NCBI GenBank assembly: GCA_900088475.1 | Contig: FLMG01004655.1 | Coordinates: 1 to 64,000, forward strand | Source of the DNA: Hyphochytrium catenoides | Lineage: Eukaryota > Protista > Hyphochytriomycota | Direction of reading: 5' to 3' | DNA length: 64,000 nt | In this document: one piece after another, positions 51,501 to 63,514 of the stretch | Position numbering within the stretch: position 1 is the first letter of the stretch | How the letters are laid out: the number at the start of each line of letters is the position of its first letter | Translations under genes and position numbers: made by a program | Notes under the pieces: generated by a model | Seen by the model: the letters and a program-made list of their open reading frames with translations, nothing else | Database searches by the model: none | Told to the model about the DNA's origin: nothing

Positions 51501-52713
51501 GTCAATACGAAGGGTGTTCGGTGAGGGCGGGTATGCCATGGAAGCGGGGTCCAGTCTCTGCCGCTTGCTAGCACGTTCGTCAATAATGATGCGCTCAGCG
51601 TAACCCGACATCCGTAGAGCATAGTGTTTAGCTCTCTCAGCTTGGTCATTGACCCCGTGTTCCCGAAGAATGGCAACTAGCAGCTCAGCGTGTTCCAGCA
51701 TCGCTGGAGAGCGCAAAAGCTTCAAGAGGTAGCATCTGGTGGATAAAGCTAAGCTCTTCTGTTGAGAAGGTGACAGCTTTGTAAAGTCACGAAGTCGTTT
51801 GAGAACCTCACCCAACACCGGGCATAATCGAGGTGCTGTGTAGGGCCTATGTGCAGCTATCAAACTAACCGAGTTAACGGCAATGTTGAGCTGGCGATGA
51901 CTAAATGAGATCCTATGACCTCCACCTGTTGAGGGCCCAACAAGGTAACGATGAAAAGGGGCAAGTAAATTCTCCGTCACAGTCCAAGGGCCTAACAGTC
52001 GCAGGACATCTTCAATATTGCTTACCTGATGCGGTCAGATCGCCGAGAAACTTCAACAAATCTTCTCCTTCTCGCTTCAACGCAACACGGTCAATAACAG
52101 CGTTTGACAGCGGTATGTCTGCAACGGTGAACTGATCGGGAATGGGCTTAGCTCTGGCCCTAGGGCCACGCGCAACTCGTGTGGGTTCGGAATAAATCAG
52201 GATTAACATGCAGTAGAGTTTTACGGCATGGCATCGCACAACCTCGTGGTCAGAGTGTATGTAGTTAAGAAGCTTTTGCTTGACAAGTTGCAGACGCTCC
52301 CATAAGTCTTTTGCTGGAATGCTCATCCCGACGCTCATCGCTAAACTGGACGCTGGGCCCTGATGAGCTGCTACCATCTTCACAGCTCGCTTATAGAGAG
52401 CATTATTGATCTGAAAAACCTTCAAGATAACTCCCTCATTTTCATCCTCGCTCAAATGAATCATAGAGTCGAGCAATGATGGTAAATAGATTGTATCCCG
52501 GCGAACCGCATCCTCCAGGAACCCCAAAACCAAGCGTTTGATAGCCGGATAGCCATCTTCGAATTGGAACTCCAACACTCCAGGAACGGCGTAAGGTAGC
52601 AACGAAGAATCACGGGTAAGAGCAATATCACGGACTGCCTCAAGGTACCGGAGTTTATCAGCTTCCAAGGGGTTTACTCTGGCGCTAACAAGGTTCTGGT
52701 TGATGACCTCCAT
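48589..52713 (-). CDS. SYMPK: Symplekin (Pta1), scaffold of the 3'-end cleavage/polyadenylation complex
   Basis: N-terminal HEAT-like segment DSSLLPYAVPGVLEF..LGFLEDA; AFHRI; LALSLLYQEF; LGILTLRDIVFQRP; C-terminal LSAAELLVLLH, MRTVMAA-like segment and WVHRTYK region. Confidence 0.88.
51153..51161. other. Assembly gap (9 N) inside symplekin
   Basis: Run of N. Confidence 0.95.
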
Positions 52714-53209
52714 CGTCCCCAAATGGGGGCTGCTCTAGAGCTAGCTGTCAGGAGCGGCTACTACAGCCTCGGATTGGACCGCCAGGCGCCACCAACTAAG
52801 TCAAGAGCCAATAATCCATACCCATGGCGTCTCCGCCTACGACGTAGCAAGAGGTGACTGCGGCATCCTTGACGTTCAATGTGCAGAGTGTGCGGATATA
52901 ACGATGATTAGAGGACGAAGAAGCGTCAGGTCCTTCAGATCAACAGATCCAGATCTTGAGAATGTGCCGGTGCTCACGCTTTTCTCGTGTCTGCTGGTGC
53001 TTGCTCTTGCCAGGTCTTGGTGCTATCCATCAGTGACCCAAATGGGCTACCCAGCTAACAATATTGTGTTGAGTGAGTACCCTAATGGGCGGTCCAAAGC
53101 ATAACACTGATGAGAGCAATTTGTTCATGGGTTTCAAGATGTTCTCATCAGAGACCAAGGATGAATGATGTCGCAGACTGAGCTCTCTTCGGCGGACGTG
53201 ACCCTGGTC

Positions 53210-53232
53210 CTTCACCTTCACCTTCACCTTCG
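53210..53232. repeat. (CCTTCA)n hexamer repeat, about 4 copies
   Basis: ccttcaccttcaccttcaccttcgcc in the divergent symplekin/NudC intergenic region. Confidence 0.75.
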
Positions 53233-53401
53233 CCATGTAGTTCTACATCGCTGCTGACACTAAAGTTTCCCAGAGGTTGCAGACAGCTAGTACCTTGAAG
53301 GCTTGAGCATAACCCAGTGAGAGTCCGTCTATTCCGGTGTACAAGGGAAGCTGGTCCCGCAGACAACAGCTGCTATCCAGACTCAAGTTGTGAAAACCGC
53401 C

Positions 53402-54265
53402 ATGTCCGTGACTGATTATTTGAAGTGGGACAGATTTGCTCGCGAGATTGATGAGACCGAGGAGGATGAGGAAAACAAGCGCAAGGCTGCCAAGGTAACC
53501 AAGCTTGAAGGGCCCAGTCGTGTCACATTCGGAAAGAGTGTGGGCCAGGACACCATCGCCATCAGCCCCGCCTTAGAGCAGTCCTCAGTGGGAACTGCCA
53601 CAACATCTACAGGGAACATTTCAAAGACCCATCCCCAGGCCGACCCTTCGAAGAGCTCAATCACAAGAGACCCACTTTATCGCGAACCTCGGGCAGACTT
53701 ATGTAAGAATGGTGGCGTAACTGACTCCTATGTCTGGTCCCAAACTCGCGAAGAGGTTATTGCAAACGTTTTCCTACCGGCAGACACCAAAGCAAAGGAC
53801 ATCAACATAGCAGTGGACGAGGCGAACGGTACTCAGCAGCTAAAAGTGGCCATAACGGATGATGAAGGGCAGAAGAGGATTCTCTTGGATGGAGAGCTTG
53901 GTAACACTGTAGAGATTGATGAGGAGGGCGAGATGGACTGGGAATTGGTTAGCGAGCGTTTGCCATTGGTATGCCTTGATAAGGCTGCCTCGATAGGACT
54001 GACTCTCAGTCCAGAGAAGCCCTATCGACTGCTCCGGCTGACACTTAAGAAGAAGCCGCATCTTGGTAACATGACAGTTTGGTGGCGGAGCTTCATCAAG
54101 GGGCATCAAGAGCTCGACATGGCTAAGGACATCGAGAGGACCAAAAGTAGCCTAGATCGCCAAATTGAACTCCAAAAAACGTGGGACGAAGCGCATCGCT
54201 TATTCAGAGAGAGAGTCCGGGATAGGAAACCTCAAATGATTGACTTAATTGATGAGGAATCATAG
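53402..54265 (+). CDS. NudC-family CS (p23-like) domain co-chaperone, intronless
   Basis: NGGVTDSYVWSQTREEV..LPADTKAKDI..LLDGEL..V..DE..WEL..LTLKK..WWRS..GHQELD matches the NudC CS domain. N-terminal DYLKWD motif. Confidence 0.85.
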   Translation: MSVTDYLKWDRFAREIDETEEDEENKRKAAKVTKLEGPSRVTFGKSVGQDTIAISPALEQSSVGTATTSTGNISKTHPQADPSKSSITRDPLYREPRADLCKNGGVTDSYVWSQTREEVIANVFLPADTKAKDINIAVDEANGTQQLKVAITDDEGQKRILLDGELGNTVEIDEEGEMDWELVSERLPLVCLDKAASIGLTLSPEKPYRLLRLTLKKKPHLGNMTVWWRSFIKGHQELDMAKDIERTKSSLDRQIELQKTWDEAHRLFRERVRDRKPQMIDLIDEES

Positions 54266-54350
54266 ATCTGTAAGACTTCCCTCTCCTAGGACCCAAAGGA
54301 CGCATGTGTTGATTTTCGCTAGTCCACGACTGATGCTTGCAATGGCTTCC

Positions 54351-55581
54351 CTAAGTCAGATCCACGTTGTCTCCGCCAGCAGACTTCAGAGCTTCCTTGA
54401 CTTTCAGCAATAACCTGGGGAACAACAGAGGGTTAACCGTCAAGCACGGGGTCTTCTCATCGCAGCGAAGCACTTGTACGTCGCTATGGGCTTACGTGGT
54501 TTTCCAGGAGTCCAGCTTTGAAATGTTGTCATAGTTGAAGACAGTATCGGTGAACGCATCGACGTCAAACTCTTCATACGCCTTCGCCAAATCTTCTAAA
54601 AACTTCCCTTCGCGGCTTCCCGCGAAGGTGTAATCTAGGTCTTTGTACTTCTGCAGCGCAGACTGAACCGCAACTAGATCTTTTGCTGCCAGGTGGCAGA
54701 GTCCCGCGTTCAGGAAGTGCCCCTTGGCGTTGAACTTTAGTAAATTGTTGTCNNNNNNNNNNNNNNNNNNNNNNNNNNNNNCAAGCCTAACCTCAGTACT
54801 TTGTGGCGCATCAGATTCATTGGGACAGCAGCTTACCTCTCCGGTGTAGTAGTCCGCGGCCTTTTGGTATGCCTCTATCGCCTCATCGTAGTTTTGATCC
54901 TGCTCATACTGCTCCGCAATCTGTTTCTGGAGCTACATTGGCCACGCATAGCTTTGACTTTAAGAACGAAAAGGGCATTGAATAGGGTGTTTGGTCCAAA
55001 CCTTCGCCGCAGTGCTAAATCGTCCCATTTCCAAGAAAGCTGCAATCGCCTGGTGTAGCATGTCCACTCCCTCTACCAGCAAAAGAGGGGTTACCCCGTC
55101 TTACAAGGATAAACGCAGGACTTCTACTTACTGCCGGGGTCCACCTTCAGATAGCAGTTGCCTGCTTCCATCAAGAAGTTGGCTGCTTCATGGGCACTAT
55201 TCAGCTTAGTCTGTGGCACGATGGTCAGTCATCAAAAAGTTAGGATACCAAGCTATGATCGTGACCTGGCAATCGGCACAGCGCTTGAAGGCATCTCCAG
55301 CTTCAGCCCCTGATTACGATAGGGTGAATTTATCGTCTATCACTTACGAAATGGCTTTAGCCTACATTGCTTTGCGATCTTAAACTGATTCCCTGCCTTC
55401 TGGAACAGCTCACAAGCGTCCTCATACTTCGTGCTAGAACCGAAGATTGTAAACTTCTTCAGAGTTTTCTCCGCCTGACACAGTGACATCGATTGTTATC
55501 CACTTCTGACAGATAAGGACCAAAAGTCCAGCGCTCAGACGTTACCTGATGGAGAAGTTCCTCCGCACGGTCGGATGACAT
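54351..55581 (-). CDS. NAPA: Alpha-soluble NSF attachment protein (alpha-SNAP/Sec17)
   Basis: KYEDACELFQKAGNQFKIAK, GRFSTAAK, AIEAYQKAADYY, LLKFNAKGHFLNAGLC, FAGSREGKFL, YDNISKLDSWKT and C-terminal DLT. Confidence 0.95.
54753..54781. other. Assembly gap (29 N) inside alpha-SNAP
   Basis: Run of N; part of the coding sequence is missing. Confidence 0.95.
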
Positions 55582-56299
55582 GCTCCCTACAGCAACTGCC
55601 AAATCGTAATCACTTCACTCACGTTCAGAGGGTCCAGATTATGTGCTAAGCTGCTGTTTGCACCGTCCACGGATTGTCAACAATGCCGTGAGGAGAAGAC
55701 TCTTTCTCCGGAGCGTTTAGTACTTGTACCTGTAGGATGAGGACATGAACTCCGAGCTGAAGCACTTCTCCTTCGTAAGGCAAAGGGCGTTGCCCTGCAA
55801 TACAACTGTTCTTGATTAGACCATATTCAGAGAAAGCTGAAAGGGATCGGACGAACTATGTTAGCAGAAGCCTGTACGCCTCTTTCCCCTTCCAGTTCCA
55901 GACAAGAACATGCCGAAACGCTTTGCACTGTACTCTGTATACTACTGTGTACAGCTTATGACTGTTCCAGAACATGACGATACTATAAAGAGATCTGCAC
56001 GCTCTCGTCTGTGATAACCGTTAACGAATAGATGGACAAGTACTCAAACGTACAAGCTTACCTACATCAACAACAAGCTTTAATGAATTATAGGAGGCGG
56101 AGAACCTCCGAAATACAGCAAGAGAGTCATCATCACAATCCATGATGGGGAAAAAGTGGATGATGATAATAGGACGACAAGGCAGACTAATCATGAGATG
56201 CCGAGTCTCCTCTTTCTATTCCTGAGCTGAAGAATTCAAGGCTTAGTTCTTGTGTCTTCTCTTCATAGGTTTATTTACTACCCGTCTGTCTACGACGAC

Positions 56300-57450
56300 C
56301 CATTCTTTCTTTTTCCCTTACTATTTCTCTTCTCTGTATATTTCGAAGTAATCATCAGGTCAGAAGAGGATACACAGCATTGTCCTACTGCTACAGGACA
56401 ATGGTACAAGGCAGTAACGATTGGAGGTCCGTCATGCCATGAAGAGAAGAAGAATAGTGGCGAGACTACAGCCGTAGTAGTTGGTGGTAGCAGCAGCGAT
56501 GCATTCGTACTACTGATGTCTGATTCTTTCTACCCTCATAGATTCTCCCCCCTTCTTCGCTAGTAGTGTTGTTAGCTTCTCCTTTGTTGTTAGCTTTCGG
56601 CCGCAACTTAAGTGTTGAGTAGTTGGAAGTCTATGTCCCGATCAGCGACCTTCTCGTGAAAAGGGAGGGAGTCTATGATGGGCAGAACTTGTGGTTGTTG
56701 GAAGTAGATATTATCAAACACCACAGAAGAGTTGGCTTGGAAGTTCATATAATAGTAGGTGGTGCAGCAGGAGAATATTAAGAAAAGGACGAACATACTC
56801 CTGTTGTCACTTGTGCATTTCCGTTCTGCTTCAGCACGAAGCACGAAAGAAAGTAGAGTTAGACAACAAAGACGCCGCCGTAATTGGTGGTCAATGGAGT
56901 AATAGTGCTGACGGTTCCTGGTCGACGAGTAACACTATTTTCAGGCTACTGCGTTCCTTTTTCCATACTTAACAAAAACGTTCATTATTAGTCCCCGTCT
57001 TTCGCAGCTAATGATATTCTTCTAACAATATACCTATCGGTGGGTATGTTGTTGCTGGTGGTGCCTACTATCGGTGTGTTGCTCCGCCGCAAGCGGCAAC
57101 AACAAATAGCACCACTATGGGAACTAGTATGACCAACAAAGAAGGAGAGGCCGGTTTCATTATCTCCTGACGGCTCGAAGGAAGAAGTCATCAAAACCTG
57201 AGGCGAGGTTGACTGATAGTCGACGGCGGAAGGAAAAGGAACCAAGAGGAAAAACAAGGATATAATGTCCACCTTCATCATCACTGGAGGCCCCACCACC
57301 CATACAGCCGTCCTCTCAAATCATAGACTAACCATAGAAGAACTACTACCTGTAAGCACCCAAATAAAGATGATCAGAAGATGAAACCCAAGAAACACTA
57401 CAGCTGGCCACAGTACTGGGGGAGTTCTGCAACAACACATTTGTCATGCT
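56300..57450. pseudogene. Decayed ORF-like fragments (membrane-protein-like)
   Basis: The minus frame reads ..SMFVLFLIFSCCTTYYYMNF..LLNT*VAAES*QQRRS*QHY*RRR. The plus frame reads ..LLTIYLSVGMLLLVVPTIGVLLRRKRQQQ..LV*PTKK..KT*GEVD**. Both are protein-like with scattered stops; no family recognised. Confidence 0.3.
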
Positions 57451-58549
57451 GAACTTTCGAATCTATCTCGGAGAAGCCTTGAATCCTACAGCTGTACTTC
57501 TGTACAGAGTTTTGTCAGATTCGTATTTTTACCCTTCTTAGTCCTCCTACTAAATTCTGTGCTTAGTATCCTCGAGTCCTAATATTAGTTCCTAGGAAGT
57601 CAGCTGAAAGCTTTGGCGTGAGCAGCTAAGCCGTCCTGTCTGGGCCTACAGCCCCGCTTGTCTTTGTCAAGGAGGACGACCGGCAGTGTTCTTTTTGCCA
57701 CACAAAGTCGTCCTTGACTTCTTATTGGCGATCCTCGTTTGACGAGAGGAACTGCGAGACAGAGACGCCCGTTTTGGGTCTAGTGTCTGTGTGCTGGTTC
57801 GGCGGAGGCAACAGCGGGCAGGGTCTCCTCTATCTCAAGCACAACTCCGAGCGAAGGGGCGCTATCCAAAAGGTGACGACATCCTACTACCTTTCCTGTG
57901 GCTCTGAAGAGCGGTTCGTCAGTGAGTGCAAAGCCTTTGGGCATCTCTCGTTCTCGTCTGGGAGGATGCCCAATATTGCATTTTCAGACCACAAGGATTT
58001 CTAAGCTGTGGAACTTGTCGTAAGAGTGGGGAAGCTTCGAAACCACTGGACTTGTAAGCACCTTAGTAACAATTGCCCTTCTTGCTGCCCCTTTTAACAG
58101 TCTGGAAAATAAGAAGAGCACTGCTGCTTCGTGGGTTTAGGACAAGCTGGTGCTGCTATTTTCATCCGAGGATGATATTAATGGCCGCATTCCTGGCCTT
58201 ATTGGCCGCGGAAAAGCCACGTCAAGCGATAGAATCGCTATTTGCCGAGATATCGGTCAGTGCTAAAGATGCAGTTACCGTCGTCAAGTTGCTTTTTTCA
58301 GGCATGAAATGACTGCTTTTTGTCAATGTTGTTCTGGCACCGTCTCTTACACATTTATCGACACATGATAAACTAACTGGTGACTCTCGCCTCATCCCAC
58401 TGCTTTTTCGTTCTCTTGCATCTCATCTGAAGATTTTCCTGTACGACAGTTTTTGGTAAGTGAACTAGAGGGGAAGCCAACAAAGCTCAAAAAGAGCACA
58501 CTGACTAACACCGCTTAATATTCACCTCCACACGGCTTGCCTCCATATC

Positions 58550-60943
58550 ATGGCGCTTCTTCTATGCAGGCCTCTGCTGGGAATTGTTGGCTTTCTGTCG
58601 ATCCATTCTCTCGTCGCGATTCTGATAGACCATAAAGCGATGTTTCAAATGTTCATCAACTTTGGACCTCCGGAGGAGCAGGTGTATACAGTATACTTCA
58701 TCTATCTCAGAAATCACTACCAGTATGTTGTCGCTTACATGACTCTCTCTCTCTCTCTCTGCCTTACGCCTCCCCTTCGTAAAGGATCTACTTCACAAGT
58801 CTTCTATACGCACCACACTGTTTCGCTGTGCCAACTGGATTATCTCCTGGATTTTCGTGGGGTCCCTCGTTTCTGTTGTGAACAGTGGCAATCACGCTGC
58901 CCTTATGATTATATCGGGACCCACTATAAGCCTGAGCTATAAGCAGAACAGCCACCTTTCTTCGGCTAGGGCGGACGTCATAATATGCTTTCTTACCATG
59001 GTGCGTCAATGGTTCAAAAGATCAAACTGGGTTGATGAACACGCATTGCTTTCAAAAGTAATCATTATTTCCGTCCATTACCTCTCACTGCTTCTTTCAC
59101 AGTCATACCTTTTGGGGCTATTCTCCATGAACACGCTAGCTCGGGCCCTGCAGAGCAGACAGGTGAGTTTTCTTATTCATGGCATTCAAAACTGACACGG
59201 AAATAACTTCTATCTCGCCCATGAGACAGCCCAGACCTCGAGCACTGGTTGGTATTCCATCCGCGTATGTCGTCGTCCTTTGCAGTATTATTGCGAACTT
59301 GGACGGGCCGGTCCATCTTAAGGCTGGAGTCATCTTCCTGACACTCTCGATCCTTACTACGTGCTACATGCATGTTCTCCTTAATACGAAGACAAAGGGC
59401 CCTCAAGCTACTCTTCAGGTGAGAAAGCTTACTGGACTTGGCAACAACAGCAACCTTTGGCACTCACTACTGCTGATGGTGAAGCAGAAAAGGCACTTGA
59501 ACTTGTCCTACTCGGACCTTAACTCTAGTAGATGCCCGGCTAACCCTACAAGCCGGGTTTACATAGTGAAAGGAGATGTGATGCCTGCAGACCTCTCCAC
59601 CTGGCAAAGTATCTGTTTCACGTCCCAGAAGCTAGTAGACATGGTTCTGAACATGCCCTACCAGCTAACGAAAGACACGATCTCCCAAACAGCCGTTAGT
59701 GCTGTGGTTTTGGTTTGCTCCTTGAAGGTTAGTACAACGCTAGTAGTAGGAACGCCGGTTGGAATATCTGAGACGTCCCTACCATTTCTATCAGGCCGCG
59801 ATTCCCATGTCTGGCTCTCTTCTGATGGGATCTCTCACCGCGTTCGCAATTAATACGCTGCGAAAGAGCATGACAGGAACGGAGCCTAAGCCGAATCTGA
59901 GTTCTGCAATGGAAGCTAGAAGGCTAGCAACCTACCCGCCGCCTTATCCTAATGGATGGTACAAGCTTGCGGACTCGGCCGATATCAAGCCTCAGGAGCT
60001 CAAGCGGGTGATTGCTTTTGAACGCAAGTTCGTGATTTTCCGAGGCGAGAACGGGATCGTATCAGTTATCGATGCGTACTGCCCGCATTTAGGAGCTGAT
60101 ATTAGCGCCGGAGGGAAAGTGATTGGAAACTCCATTGAATGTCCCTTTCATCAGTGGCAGTTTGGGCAGGATGGCCGCTGTACAAAGATTCCATATTCAG
60201 GCTCTATTCCCACGTCGGCGACAGTGAAGATGTGGCCTTCTATTGAGTACTACGGTAACATTTGCGTCTACTTTGACGCCGAGAAGAGGAAAAGTCCGCC
60301 GTACTACCCTCCATTTATCCCAGATTTGGATGGTGGTCATTTCGTCTACCGTGGACAGCTGGACAGACGCATCAACATGCACTTGATGGAGTTCGTAGAA
60401 AACTCTGCTGACTTCATGCACTTCGACCCCTTGCATGGCGCCATGCATTTGCCCTTCACATCCATTCCCATTCCGGGTGTAAAGATCAAACACGAGGCTG
60501 GATGGAAACCCGATGACAAGGACAGGCATATCGCTTATTTTTTTGATAAAGCAGAGCTCTGTGTTAACGGCAAGGTAGTTCCAAGGACCAAGGCTGAGGC
60601 TATGATCACTTTGATCGGCCCCGCCGGGTTGACCTACTTCAACTTCAAGACGCCACTGGGCAAGATCGTGCTCTTTCACACACATACCCCCATTGCACCT
60701 TCCCAGCAACGAGTATCATTCCGCTGGTACGCTGATAAAGCCGTTCCTCGCTTTCTGGTTTGGTACGTGGTTGGAAACTGGATAAGTCAGTGGCAGATGG
60801 ATCTGATGGTCTGGGAGAACAAAAGGTATACTCTCAAACCCACATTGGCTAAGGGGGATGGGCCGATGTTTCAGATGCGACGCTGGTTCAAACAGTTCTA
60901 CTCTGAGAGTAGTGAAACCATTCATAAGCAACTGGATTGGTAG
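58550..60943 (+). CDS. nvd: Rieske [2Fe-2S] cholesterol 7-desaturase (Neverland/DAF-36 family) with a long multi-TM N-terminal extension
   Basis: Last exon has YPPPYPNGWY, Rieske DAYCPHLGA..CPFHQW, non-heme Fe motif ENSADFMHFDPLH, DLMVWENK, GDGP..RRWFKQFYSE and terminal LDW. Upstream exons splice in frame via introns ~58682-58784, 59001-59102, 59163-59229, 59419-59487 and 59728-59794. Confidence 0.9.
58743..58760. repeat. (CT)9 microsatellite in the first Neverland intron
   Basis: ctctctctctctctctct. Confidence 0.85.
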
Positions 60944-61067
60944 TCCGAAAGATGGAGATCACATGTGGTGTTAGTAGCAAAGGTCACACTTCTGCTTTAC
61001 ATAATATGTGTAGATAGTAGGAGGGAGAGCACCGCTGCATGGCACTATTTAGCAGAGCCTATCCTTT

Positions 61068-61127
61068 TTTAATGAAAACAATGGGTGAAAACCTGACTTT
61101 AATGAAAACAATGGGTGAAAACCTGAC
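61068..61127. repeat. Perfect 30-bp tandem duplication
   Basis: tttaatgaaaacaatgggtgaaaacctgac x2. Confidence 0.95.
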
Positions 61128-61899
61128 ACCGCCAACCTTCATCACTGTAGTCTCGTAGCGGCGTGAGCAGTACGGCACCAGCGCCAATGGATGAAAAAAG
61201 TGATTGCTGCTGTATACTTCTAATGCCCGGAAAGAGATGCCAACAATACATGCTGCTCTCCTTCCGGTCACGTAACTTAGATCTGCCAATGCTTGTTGAT
61301 GATCACTGTAGAACATACTACTCGGCCTCCACTACTAACTCACCTTCAACCAAAGCCATCACTTCCAAAGAGTAGAGCTCCTCCTTGTTTTCTGATTGTC
61401 GCCACATCTTCTCATGTTGTCACCAGCAAGGTGTGAGGTTTGCTGTGCTGTATAGTTAAACACATATAGTAGAAATAGGGTTTCCTCTGACGTTATTTCT
61501 AGTTCTACTGTTATCGATCTTGACAAAGAAAAAGTTTTAATCAGAGCGAAACAGTACTACTAACGACTGCCAGGGTATAAGATTTGAAGAAGAACTACTT
61601 CATAGTCTAGGAGTTCTATTACATCTGCAAGAGGCAAGCAAAAACAAGAAGTCCATCTTTCCCAAATTGACCGGGGGCTAATAAGATCCCTCCAAGATAC
61701 CCCTTAGCTGTTGTCGCTGGCTGAACAGCCAGTAGTCCAACCAAAGCGTTCAGCAAAGGCATCCTCGATGCCACCATCATGGACGTGTCATCATCAGCGG
61801 TGGTAACCCTGCCGATGGTATCTCACGCTAAAGGCTTGAAGGTATAACTTGTTGAGCCCGACAACGCTTTCCATGCTGTCGAAGAAGCTTCTACTCTGC

Positions 61900-63514
61900 A
61901 ACAAGTGCCTTCTTTCTACTGCTAGCTCGCTGACCAGCAGATAATACTCTTCGTCTCCATGAGGTGAGGGGATGCTGCTAGAAAAGTACTACTATAGCAA
62001 TCATCGACAGTCCTACTTGCTGTTGTGAGTTCCAAAGTAGAGTTCTTCTGGGTCCAGAGGACGAAAGAAATAGAAGAAGAAGACAAGGAATGGATACAAC
62101 AATACAGGGAGTGTCTTCTCTGTACTATTGTTGTTGCCACTACAGCACTGTTTATCGAAGGCTCTGGGGCAGGCATGGGGGTCGTTGGCCTAGACCCTTG
62201 CTCTCCGTTTTTCAATAGTAGTTGCATCATGATGGGATCGCAGCAGGAGTAAATACAAGGTCTTCTAGTAGGACGACAGTGGCGTCTTCAACAATCTCTG
62301 AGTTACACTAAGTAAGGGTCGGCGTCGGCTTCTATCATCATTCATGACAAAGCGCCATCACTGCTGGCAGACATCGTAATGTTGTCCGCGACCTCCGCCC
62401 TATTAATATTGTAAATTGGCTTCGCTATGCTGCTTCTCCTTCTTGACACACCAATGGTCTCACTAGCTACGGCCGCTTGTGCTTTCTTCCTCTTCTTCTT
62501 TCCTACTGTGGGTTCCTTCCTCCTATTCTCCAGAACGGTCTTCAAGTACCTTCATGGGGTTGAAATGAACTGCTCAACAAGCACTCTTTCACCTTTATCC
62601 GTCATCATACCCGCCCACAGATCAGTCCATAGACAACCAGTTCTTTTGTTCAAGTCCTTATTGCAAAGGAGAGCAACGAGATATCATTAGATGATAGGAC
62701 ATAGAATATCTCACAGGCGCCAGCACAAACACAGTTACCAGCATCTTCTACTTCTGATGGCGTCCATACTAATTCTAGGAAGTTGTTGTTGATGATAAAT
62801 CAATAGCACGCTAGGGAAGAACACATATCTCAGCAACACCAAGTGAGCTACCCAGACCAAGTCCTTCCGACGACAGACTCCACGTGCAGGCCGCTTTATC
62901 AAAACATCCCTCCCTCTTATCTATCCCACTCGTCCCACATGGTTCCGCTTATCATTCCTCCTTTTCATAATCTATAATAGAAACCTCCATCCAGTAGAAA
63001 GCTGATCACCCATATAGATCTTTCCAATGACGACGATCTCTTTAAGGGCTGCTTGGCGGGCTAAAGCTTGCGCCTCTAGTAGCACTACCGTTTTTTCCAT
63101 ATTACTGCTTTCCTTTCTTCCCTTCTTTTGGTTTCTCCTATGGTTCTCCCTCTTATTCGTTCCCTGTTATTCCACTCTATCACTTGCAGCCATCCTTCTC
63201 TCGCTTCAGCGATGGGACCGTTCTCTCACTTGCCTTCTCGAATGTGATGATGGTCTCGGCACGTCATCTTCTATTCTCCTCCTCCCTCGTCCTCCTCCTC
63301 CCTCCTCCTTCTATCATCGTTATTGCTGGGGATTCCACTTTGATTCCTTCTTTCTTGATAACGAGTTTGGAGAAGAGTGAGCAGAAGAAAGGCTAAGGCT
63401 TTCTAGCTCTTGTTGTCTCTTCTTCTTCTTCTTCTTCTTCTTCTTCTTCTTCTTCTTCTTCTTCTTCTCAGAAGTTGTAGGTAAGTTCTTATTACACATC
63501 CAAGAAAAAATCAT
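61900..63514 (-). pseudogene. Degenerate ORF remnant (gene- or transposon-derived)
   Basis: Coding-like stretches with interspersed stops, e.g. EGK*ENGPIAEAREGWLQVIEWNNRER..EAQALARQAALKEIVVIGKIYMGDQLSTGWRFLL* and WTDLWAGMMTDKGERVLVEQFISTP*RYLKTVLENRRKEPTVGKKKRKK. Confidence 0.35.
63419..63466. repeat. (CTT)16 microsatellite
   Basis: Perfect trinucleotide run. Confidence 0.95.

Noticed and set aside
23200-52200. Many plus-strand ORFs of 60-170 aa
   Set aside because: They are antisense shadows of the HECT, PDZ and symplekin exons and have no independent motifs.
53402-54265. Intronless NudC-like gene as a retrocopy
   Set aside because: No poly(A) remnant or target-site duplication, and multi-kb exons occur elsewhere in the window.
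56540-63330. TAA/TAG within Gln-rich frames suggesting a ciliate-like genetic code
   Set aside because: Conserved genes in the window end in TAA, TAG and TGA, and a 2067-codon ORF contains no such codons, so the code is standard.
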